Assembly (NCBI GenBank): GCA_965213675.1
Contig: OZ243916.1
Location: 2,816,001-2,880,000, forward strand
Direction: 5' to 3'
Length of the DNA: 64,000 nt
Source of the DNA: an uncultured Candidatus Binatia bacterium
GTDB lineage: Bacteria > Desulfobacterota > Binatia > UBA9968 > JAJDTQ01
Positions 26,451 to 35,864 of this stretch are shown here, in pieces; within the stretch, counting starts at the first letter, position 1, and each line of letters opens with the position of its first letter. Under the pieces are notes generated by a model, which saw nothing but the letters and a program-made list of their open reading frames with translations, was not told the DNA's origin and did no database searches. The position numbers and the translations under genes are program-made.

Positions 26451-27491
26451 ATGAGACTCCGCGATCTGGGAGAATTCGGGCTCATCGACTTGATCCAAAG
26501 GAACACCCCGCGCCGGCGCGGGGTCCGGCTGGGCATCGGCGACGATGCCGCCTGGGTGACCACTGCCGGGGACTCGCTCCTGTTCACCTCGGATCTGCTC
26601 ATCGAAGGCATCCACTTCAAGCGCGAGTGGATCCCGATGCAGGATCTCGGGCACAAAGCCCTCACCGCCAGCCTGAGCGACATCGCCGCCATGGGCGGAC
26701 GCCCGGCGTTCTTTCTCCTCTCGCTGGCCCTTCCCGACATCGACACCGGCGACGCCGCCGCCCTGATCGAAGGCATTCAGGCACTGGCCGCCGAGCACCG
26801 GTTGGCGCTGGTGGGGGGCGACACCTGCGCCGCCGACCGGTTGACCCTCGACGTGTTCCTCGCCGGCGAGGCGCCCCACGGGGCGGTGACCCGCGCCGGC
26901 GCCCGGGTGGGCGACGACATCTACGTCACCGGCACCCTGGGGGACTCGGCGCTGGGGCTGGCGCTGCTCTCGGAGCCGCGCCCCAAGGCGCCGGCAAAGG
27001 ACCGGAACTACCTCATTCAGCGGCACCACCGCCCCAGCGCGCGCGTAAAGACCGGCCTGCAACTCGCCCGGGAGGGTGTGGCGCACGCCATGATGGACGT
27101 GAGCGACGGCCTCGCCCAGGACCTGGGCCACATCTGCCGGGCGAGCCGCACGGGCGCCGTGGTGCACCAGGCGCGCGTGCCCCTGTCGCCGGCGTTCGTC
27201 CGCGTGGCCGGCCCGGACGACCTCGCGTGCGCCCTCGCCGGCGGCGAGGACTACGAACTGCTGTTCACCGCGGACCCGGACGCGCGCAAGGGCATCGAGG
27301 GCGTCGCCCGCCGCACCGGCGTCCCCATCACCCGCATCGGCGAGTGCGTGTCCCGAAAGCACGGCGTCACGCTGGTGGACGCGCGCGGCGACAGCGCGCC
27401 CCTGAGCGCGGAGGGCTACGACCACTTCAGGGACGCCGAAAGGGACGTCATTCCCGCGAACCCCCAGGTCGTCGACCGGGGGACCGGGTGA
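26451..27491 (+). CDS. thiL: Thiamine-monophosphate kinase
   Basis: LGEFGLI, GIGDDAA, LSDIAAMGG, LVGGDT, MDVSDGL, GGEDYELLFT, GYDHF. Confidence 0.95.
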   Translation: MRLRDLGEFGLIDLIQRNTPRRRGVRLGIGDDAAWVTTAGDSLLFTSDLLIEGIHFKREWIPMQDLGHKALTASLSDIAAMGGRPAFFLLSLALPDIDTGDAAALIEGIQALAAEHRLALVGGDTCAADRLTLDVFLAGEAPHGAVTRAGARVGDDIYVTGTLGDSALGLALLSEPRPKAPAKDRNYLIQRHHRPSARVKTGLQLAREGVAHAMMDVSDGLAQDLGHICRASRTGAVVHQARVPLSPAFVRVAGPDDLACALAGGEDYELLFTADPDARKGIEGVARRTGVPITRIGECVSRKHGVTLVDARGDSAPLSAEGYDHFRDAERDVIPANPQVVDRGTG

Positions 27492-27554
27492 CGGTGGAGC
27501 CGGGCGGGGGGATATGACGGGCGAAGGCGTGCGAATGACGGAATTTGGGTCACC

Positions 27555-28304
27555 ATGGACGAAGGGCAACTCACAGAACTCCTGAACGGCGTCGGCCGCG
27601 GCGAGGTCGCCGTCGACGAGGCGCTGAAGCGGTTGCAGCACCTTCCCTTCGAGGACCTGGGGTTCGCCAAGGTGGACCATCACCGGGCCTTGCGCCAGGG
27701 ATTCCCCGAGGTCATCCTGGGCGAAGGCAAGGAAGTGGCGGACATCGCCGCCATCGCCCGGGCGATCCGCAAGCGCGCAGCAAACGTGCTCATCACGCGC
27801 CTGTCCGGGGAAAAGATGGACGCGCTCAAGCCGCGGCTTCGGGGCTTCCGCTTCCATCGCGAGGCGCGCGCCGCCACGTGGCGCGCCAAGGATGCGCCGC
27901 TCACGGGCAAGGGGACCATCGCGGTGGTGTGCGCCGGCACATCCGACATCCCCGTGGCGGAGGAGGCCGCGGTCACCAGCGAAGTCATGGGCAACCAGGT
28001 GGAGCGGATCTACGACGTGGGCGTGGCCGGCCTGCACCGGCTGCTGGGGCACCACCGGCAGCTCACCGAGGCGGCGCTGCTCATCGTCGTGGCGGGCATG
28101 GAAGGCGCGCTGCCGAGCGTCGTGGCCGGTCTGGTGCGCCGGCCGGTCATCGCGGTGCCCACCAGCGTGGGCTACGGCGCCAGCTTCCACGGCCTGTCCG
28201 CGCTCCTGGCCATGCTCAATTCGTGCGCCGCCGGGGTCACGGTGGTGAACATCGACAACGGCTTCGGCGCCGGCTACGCCGCGTCGCTGATCAACAGGGA
28301 TTGA
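27555..28304 (+). CDS. larB: Nickel-pincer cofactor biosynthesis protein LarB (PurE-like)
   Basis: AKVDHHR, GFPEV..GEGK, AGTSDIPVAEEA, DVGVAGLHRL, AGMEGALPSVV, VVNIDNGFGA. Confidence 0.9.
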   Translation: MDEGQLTELLNGVGRGEVAVDEALKRLQHLPFEDLGFAKVDHHRALRQGFPEVILGEGKEVADIAAIARAIRKRAANVLITRLSGEKMDALKPRLRGFRFHREARAATWRAKDAPLTGKGTIAVVCAGTSDIPVAEEAAVTSEVMGNQVERIYDVGVAGLHRLLGHHRQLTEAALLIVVAGMEGALPSVVAGLVRRPVIAVPTSVGYGASFHGLSALLAMLNSCAAGVTVVNIDNGFGAGYAASLINRD

Positions 28305-28306
28305 AT

Positions 28307-28735
28307 ATGGCGGATGAGGAAAAGAAATACCGGGTCTTGCGACGGTCGTCGGAGTTGAGCGTCCGGCTCACCGGTGATTCCGTGCCACAGGTGCTGGCGG
28401 ACGCGGGGAACGCGCTCTTCGATCTGCTCGTGAACCTCGACGCCGTGGAGACGCGGGAAAGCGTCACGGTGGAGGCCGAAGGCGTGGACCACGACGACCT
28501 CATGATAAACTGGATTCGGGAATTGCTCTACGAGTTCCAGGGGAGCGGCTACGTGCTGAAGGAGTTCGCCATTCACGAGGCCGGCGAGTTTTTCGTGCGC
28601 GCGGAGGCCCGCGGCGAGAAGTTCGATCCCGACCGCCACGAAGAGCGCGAGGCCATCGCCGCGGTGGACGAGCGTTCGAGTCACTTGGGGAAGATGGGCG
28701 ACCAGTGGACCGCCCAGGTGGGCTTCGAGTTGTGA
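28307..28735 (+). CDS. Archease-like protein with degenerate conserved motifs
   Basis: DDLMINWIRELLY, ARGEKFDPDRH typical of archease; canonical HTAD and KAVTYH motifs absent. Confidence 0.7.
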   Translation: MADEEKKYRVLRRSSELSVRLTGDSVPQVLADAGNALFDLLVNLDAVETRESVTVEAEGVDHDDLMINWIRELLYEFQGSGYVLKEFAIHEAGEFFVRAEARGEKFDPDRHEEREAIAAVDERSSHLGKMGDQWTAQVGFEL

Positions 28736-28814
28736 GAGAGGACGGTGCCGGTCATGCGGCGTAAGCGGGATGCGGTGAAGCCTCCGCGCTTCCGGGGAAG
28801 AGCCGGGGCTGTCC

Positions 28815-30179
28815 ATGCGTTCTGAGTACGATGGCTGTTCGCTCATCGCCGACCCGATCCACCGCTACATCCCCTTCACGGTGCCCGCGAAGCCGGGCGA
28901 GGTTACGGAAAAGGACCTGATCGACTCTCCCTGGTTCCAGCGCCTGCGCTACATTTTCCAGCTCCAGAGCGCCCGCTGGGTCTACCCCTCCGCCGAACAC
29001 AGCCGGTTTCAGCACTGCCTTGGAGCCATGCACCTGGCCGGGGCCTTTGCCCGCGGGTTGTACCCGTCGCTGCGCGAGGTGCTGGGCGACGCCTGTCCGT
29101 CCGCCAACTACGTGGAAGAGTACATGCGCGTCATCGGACTCTTGCACGACGTCGGCCACGGCCCGTTCTGCCACTTCTTCGACAACCACTTCCTCAGCAA
29201 GCACGGACTGATCCACGAGGACATCTCCCAAGTCATCATCCGCGAACACTTGGGCGAAGTCATCCGCGCCATCCGCCGCAGCCCGTCGGGCCCCTTTGCC
29301 GCGGGCGAGGAACTCGACCCGGACGAGATCGCCTTTCCCATCAAGAAGGACTCCGACGACGATCCCGCGCGCCCGCGCTGGGTGCGCTTCCTGCAGCCGC
29401 TCACCAACGGCATCTTCACCTTCGACAATCTCGACTACGTGTCGCGCGACTCGTACATGTGCGGCGTGGCCATCGGCCCCGTGGACCGCCAACGGCTGAT
29501 GTACTACACGTTCATCTCGCCCAAGGGGCTCACGCTGCATCGCTCCGGCGAGGGCGCCCTCACCATGTTCCTGAACGCGCGCAAATACCTCTACGAGAAC
29601 GTCTACTTCCACCGCACCACCCGGGCCATCGACGCGCACCTGCAGGAGCTGTTTCCGGAAACCATGCGGCAGATCGCTCCCGGGAATCCCCTGGAACACA
29701 TGGACCGCTATCTGCACCTGACGGACTGGTCGCTCCTGCAGGAGGTGTCCGGCTGGCGCCGGCACGGCACTCCGCTGGGACGCGAATGGGGGCGCATCCT
29801 GGACCGCAAGCTCAAGTGGCGGCTGGCCTACGAACGAAGCCTCGCGGGAGCCGAGCTCGACGCCGGGCTCGACGCCATCGGCGTGGATGACTGGGAGGCG
29901 CGCGTGCGCGACGCGTTGCCCGCCGATCAGCGCGGCCTGGTCTTCCGCGTGGACATCGCCAGCCAGGATTCGCGCCCCGAGAACCCCATGGCCATGGGCA
30001 AAAAGCAAATCCACACCTACGACCCCTCCAGCGGACACGTCACCAAGGAAACCATGGCCGAGCTCTTCGCCTACATCCCGTCCAAGATCGTCAAGTTCCG
30101 CGTCTTCGCCCTGGACCACGCCCACGACCGTCTGCTGGCCGCCGCCACCGAGGAGGTGTTCCAGAGCGCCGGAAAATGA
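28815..30179 (+). CDS. HD-domain phosphohydrolase (SAMHD1/dNTPase-like)
   Basis: DPIH, FQRLR, HSRFQHCLG, LLHDVGHGPFCH, DNLDY..RD, VYFH. Confidence 0.88.
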   Translation: MRSEYDGCSLIADPIHRYIPFTVPAKPGEVTEKDLIDSPWFQRLRYIFQLQSARWVYPSAEHSRFQHCLGAMHLAGAFARGLYPSLREVLGDACPSANYVEEYMRVIGLLHDVGHGPFCHFFDNHFLSKHGLIHEDISQVIIREHLGEVIRAIRRSPSGPFAAGEELDPDEIAFPIKKDSDDDPARPRWVRFLQPLTNGIFTFDNLDYVSRDSYMCGVAIGPVDRQRLMYYTFISPKGLTLHRSGEGALTMFLNARKYLYENVYFHRTTRAIDAHLQELFPETMRQIAPGNPLEHMDRYLHLTDWSLLQEVSGWRRHGTPLGREWGRILDRKLKWRLAYERSLAGAELDAGLDAIGVDDWEARVRDALPADQRGLVFRVDIASQDSRPENPMAMGKKQIHTYDPSSGHVTKETMAELFAYIPSKIVKFRVFALDHAHDRLLAAATEEVFQSAGK

Positions 30180-30226
30180 GTATCGGCGCCTCGCTCAGGT
30201 GTTTTTCCGGTGGGGTTGGACCATTC

Positions 30227-31108
30227 TCAACGTTTCCACAGCCACCCCACGGCGTGGGTGCCGAGCACCAGCCCGCAACCCAGGGCGACCATGGTGGGGC
30301 CCAGCGGAAGATCGAAGCGGTAGCAGACCGCGAACCCCGCCACGCCGATGCCGGCGCCCGCCAGGGAGGCGGCGATGAAATAGGGTGCCATGCGCGATAC
30401 CAGAGGCCGCACGGCGATGGGCGGCAGCACCAGAAAGCCGAAGGTGAGCAGCGGCCCGGCCATGATCACGCCCAACGCCACGGTGACGCCGGCCAGGAGA
30501 TAGAGAAGGAGGTCCCAGACGGCGGCGTTCCCCTTCAGAAGGACCGTGAGGTCGCGATCGAACGATGAGATCAGCAACTCGCGGCGAAACAGGATCAGGC
30601 ACGCCATCACCACCGCGTAGACGCCGCCCAGGGTCGCGAACTCGGTCCAGGACAACACCACCGCCTCTCCCTTGACGAGGCTCAGGATCGCCACGTCGCC
30701 GAAGGGATGGAACGCCACGAAGAGGACGGAGAGCGACCCGGCCAGAGCGTAGACCACGGCCAGGCGGATCTCCGTGCCGGCGGCGCCGCGCCGCTCCATC
30801 AGGCCCAGCAGCACCATGCCGGCGAAGGTGAACAGCAACGAGCCGCCGTAGGCGAGCAGGCGCTCGACCTCGTGGGCGTCGCCCGACGTATGGCCCGGAT
30901 GCGGCACCAGCCCCACCTCATGCGCGAACAACGAGAACGCCACCCCCGCGGCCGCCAGTTGCGGCAGGGTCAGGCCCAGCAGCACGCTGCGCCTCAGCAC
31001 CAGGAAGCCTCCGACCACCGGACAGACCAACCCCAGGACGATGCTTCCGACCACTGCGGGAAACAGCACGAAGGAAGGGTGCAGGATTTCCGCGAGGGCG
31101 CCCGCCAC
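30227..31108 (-). CDS. Metal (Zn/Mn) ABC transporter permease
   Basis: Multi-TM; GGFLVLRR, SFDRD, GPLLTFGFLVLP, DLPLGP. Confidence 0.88.
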   Translation of the reverse strand: MAGALAEILHPSFVLFPAVVGSIVLGLVCPVVGGFLVLRRSVLLGLTLPQLAAAGVAFSLFAHEVGLVPHPGHTSGDAHEVERLLAYGGSLLFTFAGMVLLGLMERRGAAGTEIRLAVVYALAGSLSVLFVAFHPFGDVAILSLVKGEAVVLSWTEFATLGGVYAVVMACLILFRRELLISSFDRDLTVLLKGNAAVWDLLLYLLAGVTVALGVIMAGPLLTFGFLVLPPIAVRPLVSRMAPYFIAASLAGAGIGVAGFAVCYRFDLPLGPTMVALGCGLVLGTHAVGWLWKR

Positions 31109-31119
31109 GTCCGCTCACC

Positions 31120-31788
31120 CTACGCCGGCTCTTGCAAGCCGCCGTTGGAGGCACGGATCACGCGTCCACAGGTCCGGTCCAGGATCTCGCCGTCGTGGCT
31201 GGAAAGGACGATGGTCATCCGCGAGCCGTGGTTGAGGTCCACGAGTTGTTGTGCGATGTCTGCCTTGGAGTCCCGGTCGACGCCGGAAAACGGCTCGTCG
31301 AGAAGTAGCAGGGCCGGCTCCATGGTCAAGGCCCGGGCGATGAGAGCCCGCTGCCGCTGTCCGCCGGAGAGGTGCGCGAACACGGTCCGGCCCAGGCGGC
31401 CCAGCCCCACCCGATCAAGGGCCCTGTCCACCCGCCGTCTCTCGTCTCCGGAGAACAGCCGCCAGGGTCGAAGCCGCCCGTAGGCGCCCATGGCCGCCAC
31501 CTCCCACACGCTCAACGGAAAGTAGGCGCTCAGGGAATCGTTCTGGGGTACGTAGCCGAGCCGGGTGCGCGCGAGGTGGCGTTCCACTCTGCCGCCACGC
31601 AGCGGGAGCAGGCCCAGCATGGACCGGAGGAGGGTGGTCTTGCCGGACCCGTTGGCCCCCGCCAGCCCCACGAAGTCGCCAGCATGGATCTCCAGGTCGA
31701 CTCCTTCAAGCACCGGCTCGGCGCCGTACCCCAGACACGCGCCATGGAGGGCGATGACCGGATGCGCCGGCGCGGCCCCCTTGATCAC
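31120..31788 (-). CDS. Metal ABC transporter ATPase
   Basis: GANGSGKTT, GYVPQ, LSGGQRQR, LLLDEP. Confidence 0.92.
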   Translation of the reverse strand: MIKGAAPAHPVIALHGACLGYGAEPVLEGVDLEIHAGDFVGLAGANGSGKTTLLRSMLGLLPLRGGRVERHLARTRLGYVPQNDSLSAYFPLSVWEVAAMGAYGRLRPWRLFSGDERRRVDRALDRVGLGRLGRTVFAHLSGGQRQRALIARALTMEPALLLLDEPFSGVDRDSKADIAQQLVDLNHGSRMTIVLSSHDGEILDRTCGRVIRASNGGLQEPA

Positions 31789-32711
31789 GGACCGGCGGCT
31801 TTCGACAGATGCGTGACCAGGTAGTCGATCAAACCGATGTAACTGTCGACGCCGGGCCGCCCGCCCACGTACAACGGAATGTGCGCCAACCTTGCACCCG
31901 TCTCGCTGGCGACGCGCTTCGGTACCCGGCTCGGATAGGTCCCGTACACCACCAGCGGGACCTTCGCGGCCTTCATCCGCTCCACCAGTTGGACGATGTG
32001 CGCGGGCGTCGGCCCTATGCCGGACGCAATCTCCAGGGTGTCGAACTGCCGCATGCCGTAACGCTTGGCGAAATAGTTGAGCGTGTCATGGTAGCTGACG
32101 AACCGGATGCCGTTGAGGCTCCGGGCGTTCCTCTGCCACTCGGGTATGCGCCTGTCCAGCTCCGCCAGATAGGCCTTCAGGTTCTCCATGAAGAAAGGAC
32201 GGTGCTCGGCGTAGGCTTTCGACAGGCCCTCCGCAACGTTCCGCGCGATGAGCTTGCCCAGGACCGGGTCCAGATTGTAGTGGGGGTTGCCCATGGGATG
32301 GACGTCGCCTCCCTTGCGCGAAAGAGTCTCCGGCATCCCCAAGGGCACGACTCCGGTGGATGTATCGATATAGCCGATCCCTCCGCGTGATACTCGCGGG
32401 TTGTCGGCCACGTCGAGCAAGGCCGGCAGGAACGAATGCTCCAGCGTGAGCCCCATCAACACCACCGCATCCGCGCGGTTGAGCAGGGTGACCATGCTCG
32501 GCTTCACCTGAACGCTGTGGATATCGCGGACGCCCAGGGTCAGGCTCTTGACCGACACCCGGTCCCTGCCGATCTGCCGGGTGATGTCGGCCAAGTCCGG
32601 GATCGTCGTGATCACCCGGATCTTCTGGGCCGCCACGGAACCCGAAAGTATCGAAACGAACGCCAGCGTGGCGACGAACGCCCCCAACTGCTTCGCGGAC
32701 ACGCTCTTCAT
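31785..32711 (-). CDS. Metal ABC transporter substrate-binding protein (ZnuA/TroA family)
   Basis: Signal peptide, DIH, GDVHPMGNPHYNLDP, YHD..YF. Confidence 0.9.
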   Translation of the reverse strand: MKSVSAKQLGAFVATLAFVSILSGSVAAQKIRVITTIPDLADITRQIGRDRVSVKSLTLGVRDIHSVQVKPSMVTLLNRADAVVLMGLTLEHSFLPALLDVADNPRVSRGGIGYIDTSTGVVPLGMPETLSRKGGDVHPMGNPHYNLDPVLGKLIARNVAEGLSKAYAEHRPFFMENLKAYLAELDRRIPEWQRNARSLNGIRFVSYHDTLNYFAKRYGMRQFDTLEIASGIGPTPAHIVQLVERMKAAKVPLVVYGTYPSRVPKRVASETGARLAHIPLYVGGRPGVDSYIGLIDYLVTHLSKAAGP

Positions 32712-32722
32712 GAGAAGTCCCC

Positions 32723-34219
32723 CTAACGCCGCTCACGAAAGCCATGCGTATGGCTGCCGAACACGGTGGTCCACTGAAGGTAGAACTGAGCGCCGTCGTT
32801 CCCCGATGCCGCTCCGCCGACGTCATCCTTACCGTGGGTATACTGCAGACGCAGACGGTTGAACTCGCTGGGCGACCAGGAAATGTAAGGCGACACGCTC
32901 TGCGTCTTGTTGTTGGGATTCTCCAGGTCGGGCGCGGAATCGAGCATCAGCCCTAGACTCCAACGGCCCTGAATCTCCGGATTGAGATTCCACTCCGCGT
33001 AGGCATAGCCGCCGCGGGCGGTGACCCGCCCCAAGTCATGGAACGTCTGGCGGTTGCTGAACCACTCGCCCGCGAGCGTGAACCCCTCATAGAAACCCGC
33101 AACCAGAGGCCGGTGCCGGAGTGTCACGTCGAGACCGAGCAGAGAGCGCTCGCTCCGTTCCTCCTCCATCTCCATCCTTGGCGTGAACGCCAACGAGGAA
33201 CCCACTTCGAAGTTCCAGGTCTCGCTCAGGTCGAAATAGGCATGCACCCGGCCCAGGTAGGTCAGGTGGCTGAGGAAGTGCTGGCCTCCAGAGGCGCCGT
33301 CCTCCGCATGTTCCTCGCCGTGGTCGTCATGTTCCTCACCGTGATCGTCATGATCCTCGCCGTCGTCGTCGTGATCCTCGCCGTCGTCGTCATGATCCTC
33401 GCCGTCGTCGTCATGATCCTCACCGTGATCGTCATGATCCTCGCCGTCGTCGTCGTGATCCTCGCCGTCGTCGTCGTGATCCTCACCGTGATCGTCGTGA
33501 TCCTCGCCGTGATCGTCATGATCCTCGCCGTGATCGTCGTGATCCTCACCGCCGTGCGCGTGGGAATGGCCGATTTCGTTGAACACGCCACCCGTGGCGG
33601 CCAGGTAGAACGGTGTCGGGAAGAGATAGCGCCATTGGACGCCGGTGCCCAAGGCCTCCCCGCCCACCATGCGGGTAAGAGACAACGGCGCATTGACGAA
33701 CGGGAGCTCGTGCTGATGAAACTGCGCCAGGCGGCCGAAATCCGCGAAGAACCGGCCGGCGGTGATGTTGACGGGCAGAGCGGTGGTTTGCACGGCCGCC
33801 TCTTCGATCTCGACCCCACCTTCCGAGCCGGTGATGAACGTATAGGCCCTGGCGTACGGATCTATTTCAGCCGACAGTCCGACCTCCAGCGTCCGGAACC
33901 TGAACTCTCCGTCGCTGTCACCCCTGTGTTCGAAAGTGGTGTCGAGGGACGCCCCGATGGAAGGATTCAGGATCGAGGGGCTCTTCTGAATCGATTTCAC
34001 CGACTGCTCCACCGAATCCACACGGGCGGCCTCCGCCTTCTTCTGCTCGAGCTCGTCGATGCGCTTCATCAGCCGGCCCATCTCCTCCTGCATCGCCTGC
34101 AAATTCTTCTTGAGCGCGTCCACCGGCTCTTGCGCCCCAGCCGGCGCCGCCAACCCGCAGGACAGCAAGAGCGCGAGGCACCCGGCAAACAACCTCTCCA
34201 TCACGAAAACCCGTCCCAT
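32723..34219 (-). CDS. Outer-membrane beta-barrel (metal-uptake porin-like) with His/Asp-rich insert
   Basis: Signal peptide, coiled coil, IDPY, IEEA, FGRL..FHQHELPFV, SEFNRLRLQY, terminal FGSHTH; first gene of the metal ABC operon. Confidence 0.8.
   Translation of the reverse strand: MGRVFVMERLFAGCLALLLSCGLAAPAGAQEPVDALKKNLQAMQEEMGRLMKRIDELEQKKAEAARVDSVEQSVKSIQKSPSILNPSIGASLDTTFEHRGDSDGEFRFRTLEVGLSAEIDPYARAYTFITGSEGGVEIEEAAVQTTALPVNITAGRFFADFGRLAQFHQHELPFVNAPLSLTRMVGGEALGTGVQWRYLFPTPFYLAATGGVFNEIGHSHAHGGEDHDDHGEDHDDHGEDHDDHGEDHDDDGEDHDDDGEDHDDHGEDHDDDGEDHDDDGEDHDDDGEDHDDHGEEHDDHGEEHAEDGASGGQHFLSHLTYLGRVHAYFDLSETWNFEVGSSLAFTPRMEMEEERSERSLLGLDVTLRHRPLVAGFYEGFTLAGEWFSNRQTFHDLGRVTARGGYAYAEWNLNPEIQGRWSLGLMLDSAPDLENPNNKTQSVSPYISWSPSEFNRLRLQYTHGKDDVGGAASGNDGAQFYLQWTTVFGSHTHGFRERR
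33299..33550 (-). repeat. In-frame 21-bp tandem repeat, about 12 units, encoding GEDHDD(H/D)
   Basis: Repeated GATCCTCGCCGTCGTCGTCAT-like unit on + strand. Confidence 0.95.
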
Positions 34220-34262
34220 CAGCGTCTCCCTTCTGCTTACAGAGCTCGATACCCGACACTTT

Positions 34263-34289
34263 ATTAATAAGAAAATATCAATTAGTCAA
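34263..34289 (-). promoter_or_regulatory. Candidate promoter and Fur-family operator for the porin/ABC operon
   Basis: Minus strand TTGACT followed by AT-rich imperfect palindrome ATTGATA-N6-TATTAAT between the divergent porin and Fur-family genes. Confidence 0.5.
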
Positions 34290-34494
34290 CCATTATGACG
34301 TCGCATATAAGGCATTTGGTGATAAGATGTACTTGGTACTAGCAGGAGTATATCAATATACTGGCGGGTCTGGACGGGTGTGGCCGAAAGGACCTCCTGC
34401 TTTGCATGTCCGAAGCCCAGTGGTGTACAATCGGTGGCCTCTTATTTAGGAAGAGGACGGAACGCACCGCCCGCGGCAGGATCGGGAGACTCCC

Positions 34495-34929
34495 ATGACC
34501 GACGAAAAACGCCACGCCGAAGAAGCCGCTTCCCAGCATCGCCCCCGCGCCAAACGGCGGACACGGCAACGAAGCGTCATCCAGCGGGTGCTGCTGGAAG
34601 CCAACCGGCCGCTCAGCCCCCACGACATCCTCCAGGCCGCGCAGGCCACGGCGCCCGGACTGGGCATCGCCACCGTCTACCGCGCGATCCACACCATGAT
34701 CACAGAGGGCACCCTGGTCGCCGTGAACATTCCCGGAGAGGCTCCCCGCTACGAGACCGCGGGAAAGGAACACCACCATCACTTCCAGTGCCGGACCTGC
34801 GACGACATCTTCGACATCCAGGGTTGCCCGCCGGCCATCCAGCAACTCGCCCCCAAGGGTTTCCGGCTCGAAGGCCACCAGGTCGTGCTCTACGGCGTGT
34901 GCCCCCCGTGCACGGGAATGCCCGCGTAG
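34495..34929 (+). CDS. Fur-family transcriptional regulator
   Basis: TRQR, GIATVYR, HHHHFQCRTC, YGVCPPC. Confidence 0.92.
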   Translation: MTDEKRHAEEAASQHRPRAKRRTRQRSVIQRVLLEANRPLSPHDILQAAQATAPGLGIATVYRAIHTMITEGTLVAVNIPGEAPRYETAGKEHHHHFQCRTCDDIFDIQGCPPAIQQLAPKGFRLEGHQVVLYGVCPPCTGMPA

Positions 34930-35080
34930 ACAGACTTGCGTTTCCCCATACGATGACGTATCGCGGGATGACGTATCGCGGAAGTGGTTCTTGCGACCCG
35001 CTCACTCGCTTTGCCTTCGCGGCACGGCCCTTGGCGGGTCAAGGCCAGCCGTGCCGTGAACCCCGCCACAGGAGACCCAT

Positions 35081-35587
35081 ATGAGCGCCCTGCGTATCGA
35101 ACAGGAAGGAATGCCGGCACAGGAGCTGGATTTCCGGCAACTCGCGGAACTGGACGGCCAGATCGCCGACGTCGGCGCACTGATCCCGGGCCGGGTCGGC
35201 GGCGCGGTGACGCTTCAGGCCGTCCTCGACCGGCTCAATCCGGACCGGGACCTCGACCACCTGACGGTGGAGTCCACCGACGGCGGCTTCGCCGCCAGCG
35301 TGCCGCTGGAGGCGCTGCGTCACGCGGTCATCGCCTACCGCGCCGGCGACGAGCCGCTGCCCCGGGACAAGGGCGGGCCGCTGCGGTTCCTGATCCCCGA
35401 CGACGAGGGCTGCGCCACCGGCGGCGCCGACGCCTGCGCCAACGTAAAGTTCGTGGGCACGCTGCGCTTGACCAGGGGGAAGGGCAAGGACACGCGCCCT
35501 GCCACGCCGCGACAACACGCCGGCCTGCACGAGCGCGAACGGCAAGAGGGACGCCAAGGGCCTACGCCGCAGAAGATGGATCGTTGA
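35081..35587 (+). CDS. Molybdopterin-binding oxidoreductase domain protein (sulfite-oxidase fold fragment)
   Basis: STDGGFAASVPL, PLPRDKGGPLRFLIP, ANVKFV. Confidence 0.7.
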   Translation: MSALRIEQEGMPAQELDFRQLAELDGQIADVGALIPGRVGGAVTLQAVLDRLNPDRDLDHLTVESTDGGFAASVPLEALRHAVIAYRAGDEPLPRDKGGPLRFLIPDDEGCATGGADACANVKFVGTLRLTRGKGKDTRPATPRQHAGLHERERQEGRQGPTPQKMDR

Positions 35588-35615
35588 ATTGTCACGCCCC
35601 CGGATCGTCATGATC

Positions 35616-35837
35616 GTCATTCCCGCAGAACAGGCTGTGTCAAAGGTCGCCTGGACAAGAACTGGCACCAAACCCCCGAATCGTCATTCCCGCGGAAGCG
35701 GGAATCCAGGGGCGAGGAGAGGTGAAACGGGCGTACTCCCCGCCTCTCCCCGCCTGGATTCCCGCTTCCGCGGGAATGACGTATTCGTTACGTCCTGGTC
35801 TGCAGTGTTTTGACACGGTCTGCTGCGCGGAAATGAC
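35616..35837. repeat. Nested palindromic element (same family as 9086-9292)
   Basis: GTCATTCCCGCAGAACAGGCTGTGTCAAA...TTTGACACGGTCTGCTGCGCGGAAATGAC with inner REP doublet. Confidence 0.88.
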
Positions 35838-35864
35838 GAAACCCGGGCCGAGAAAGGAAACTGA

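Noticed and set aside
33299-33550. Possible non-coding repeat array
   Set aside because: No unique spacers; period of 21 bp in frame within the porin ORF.
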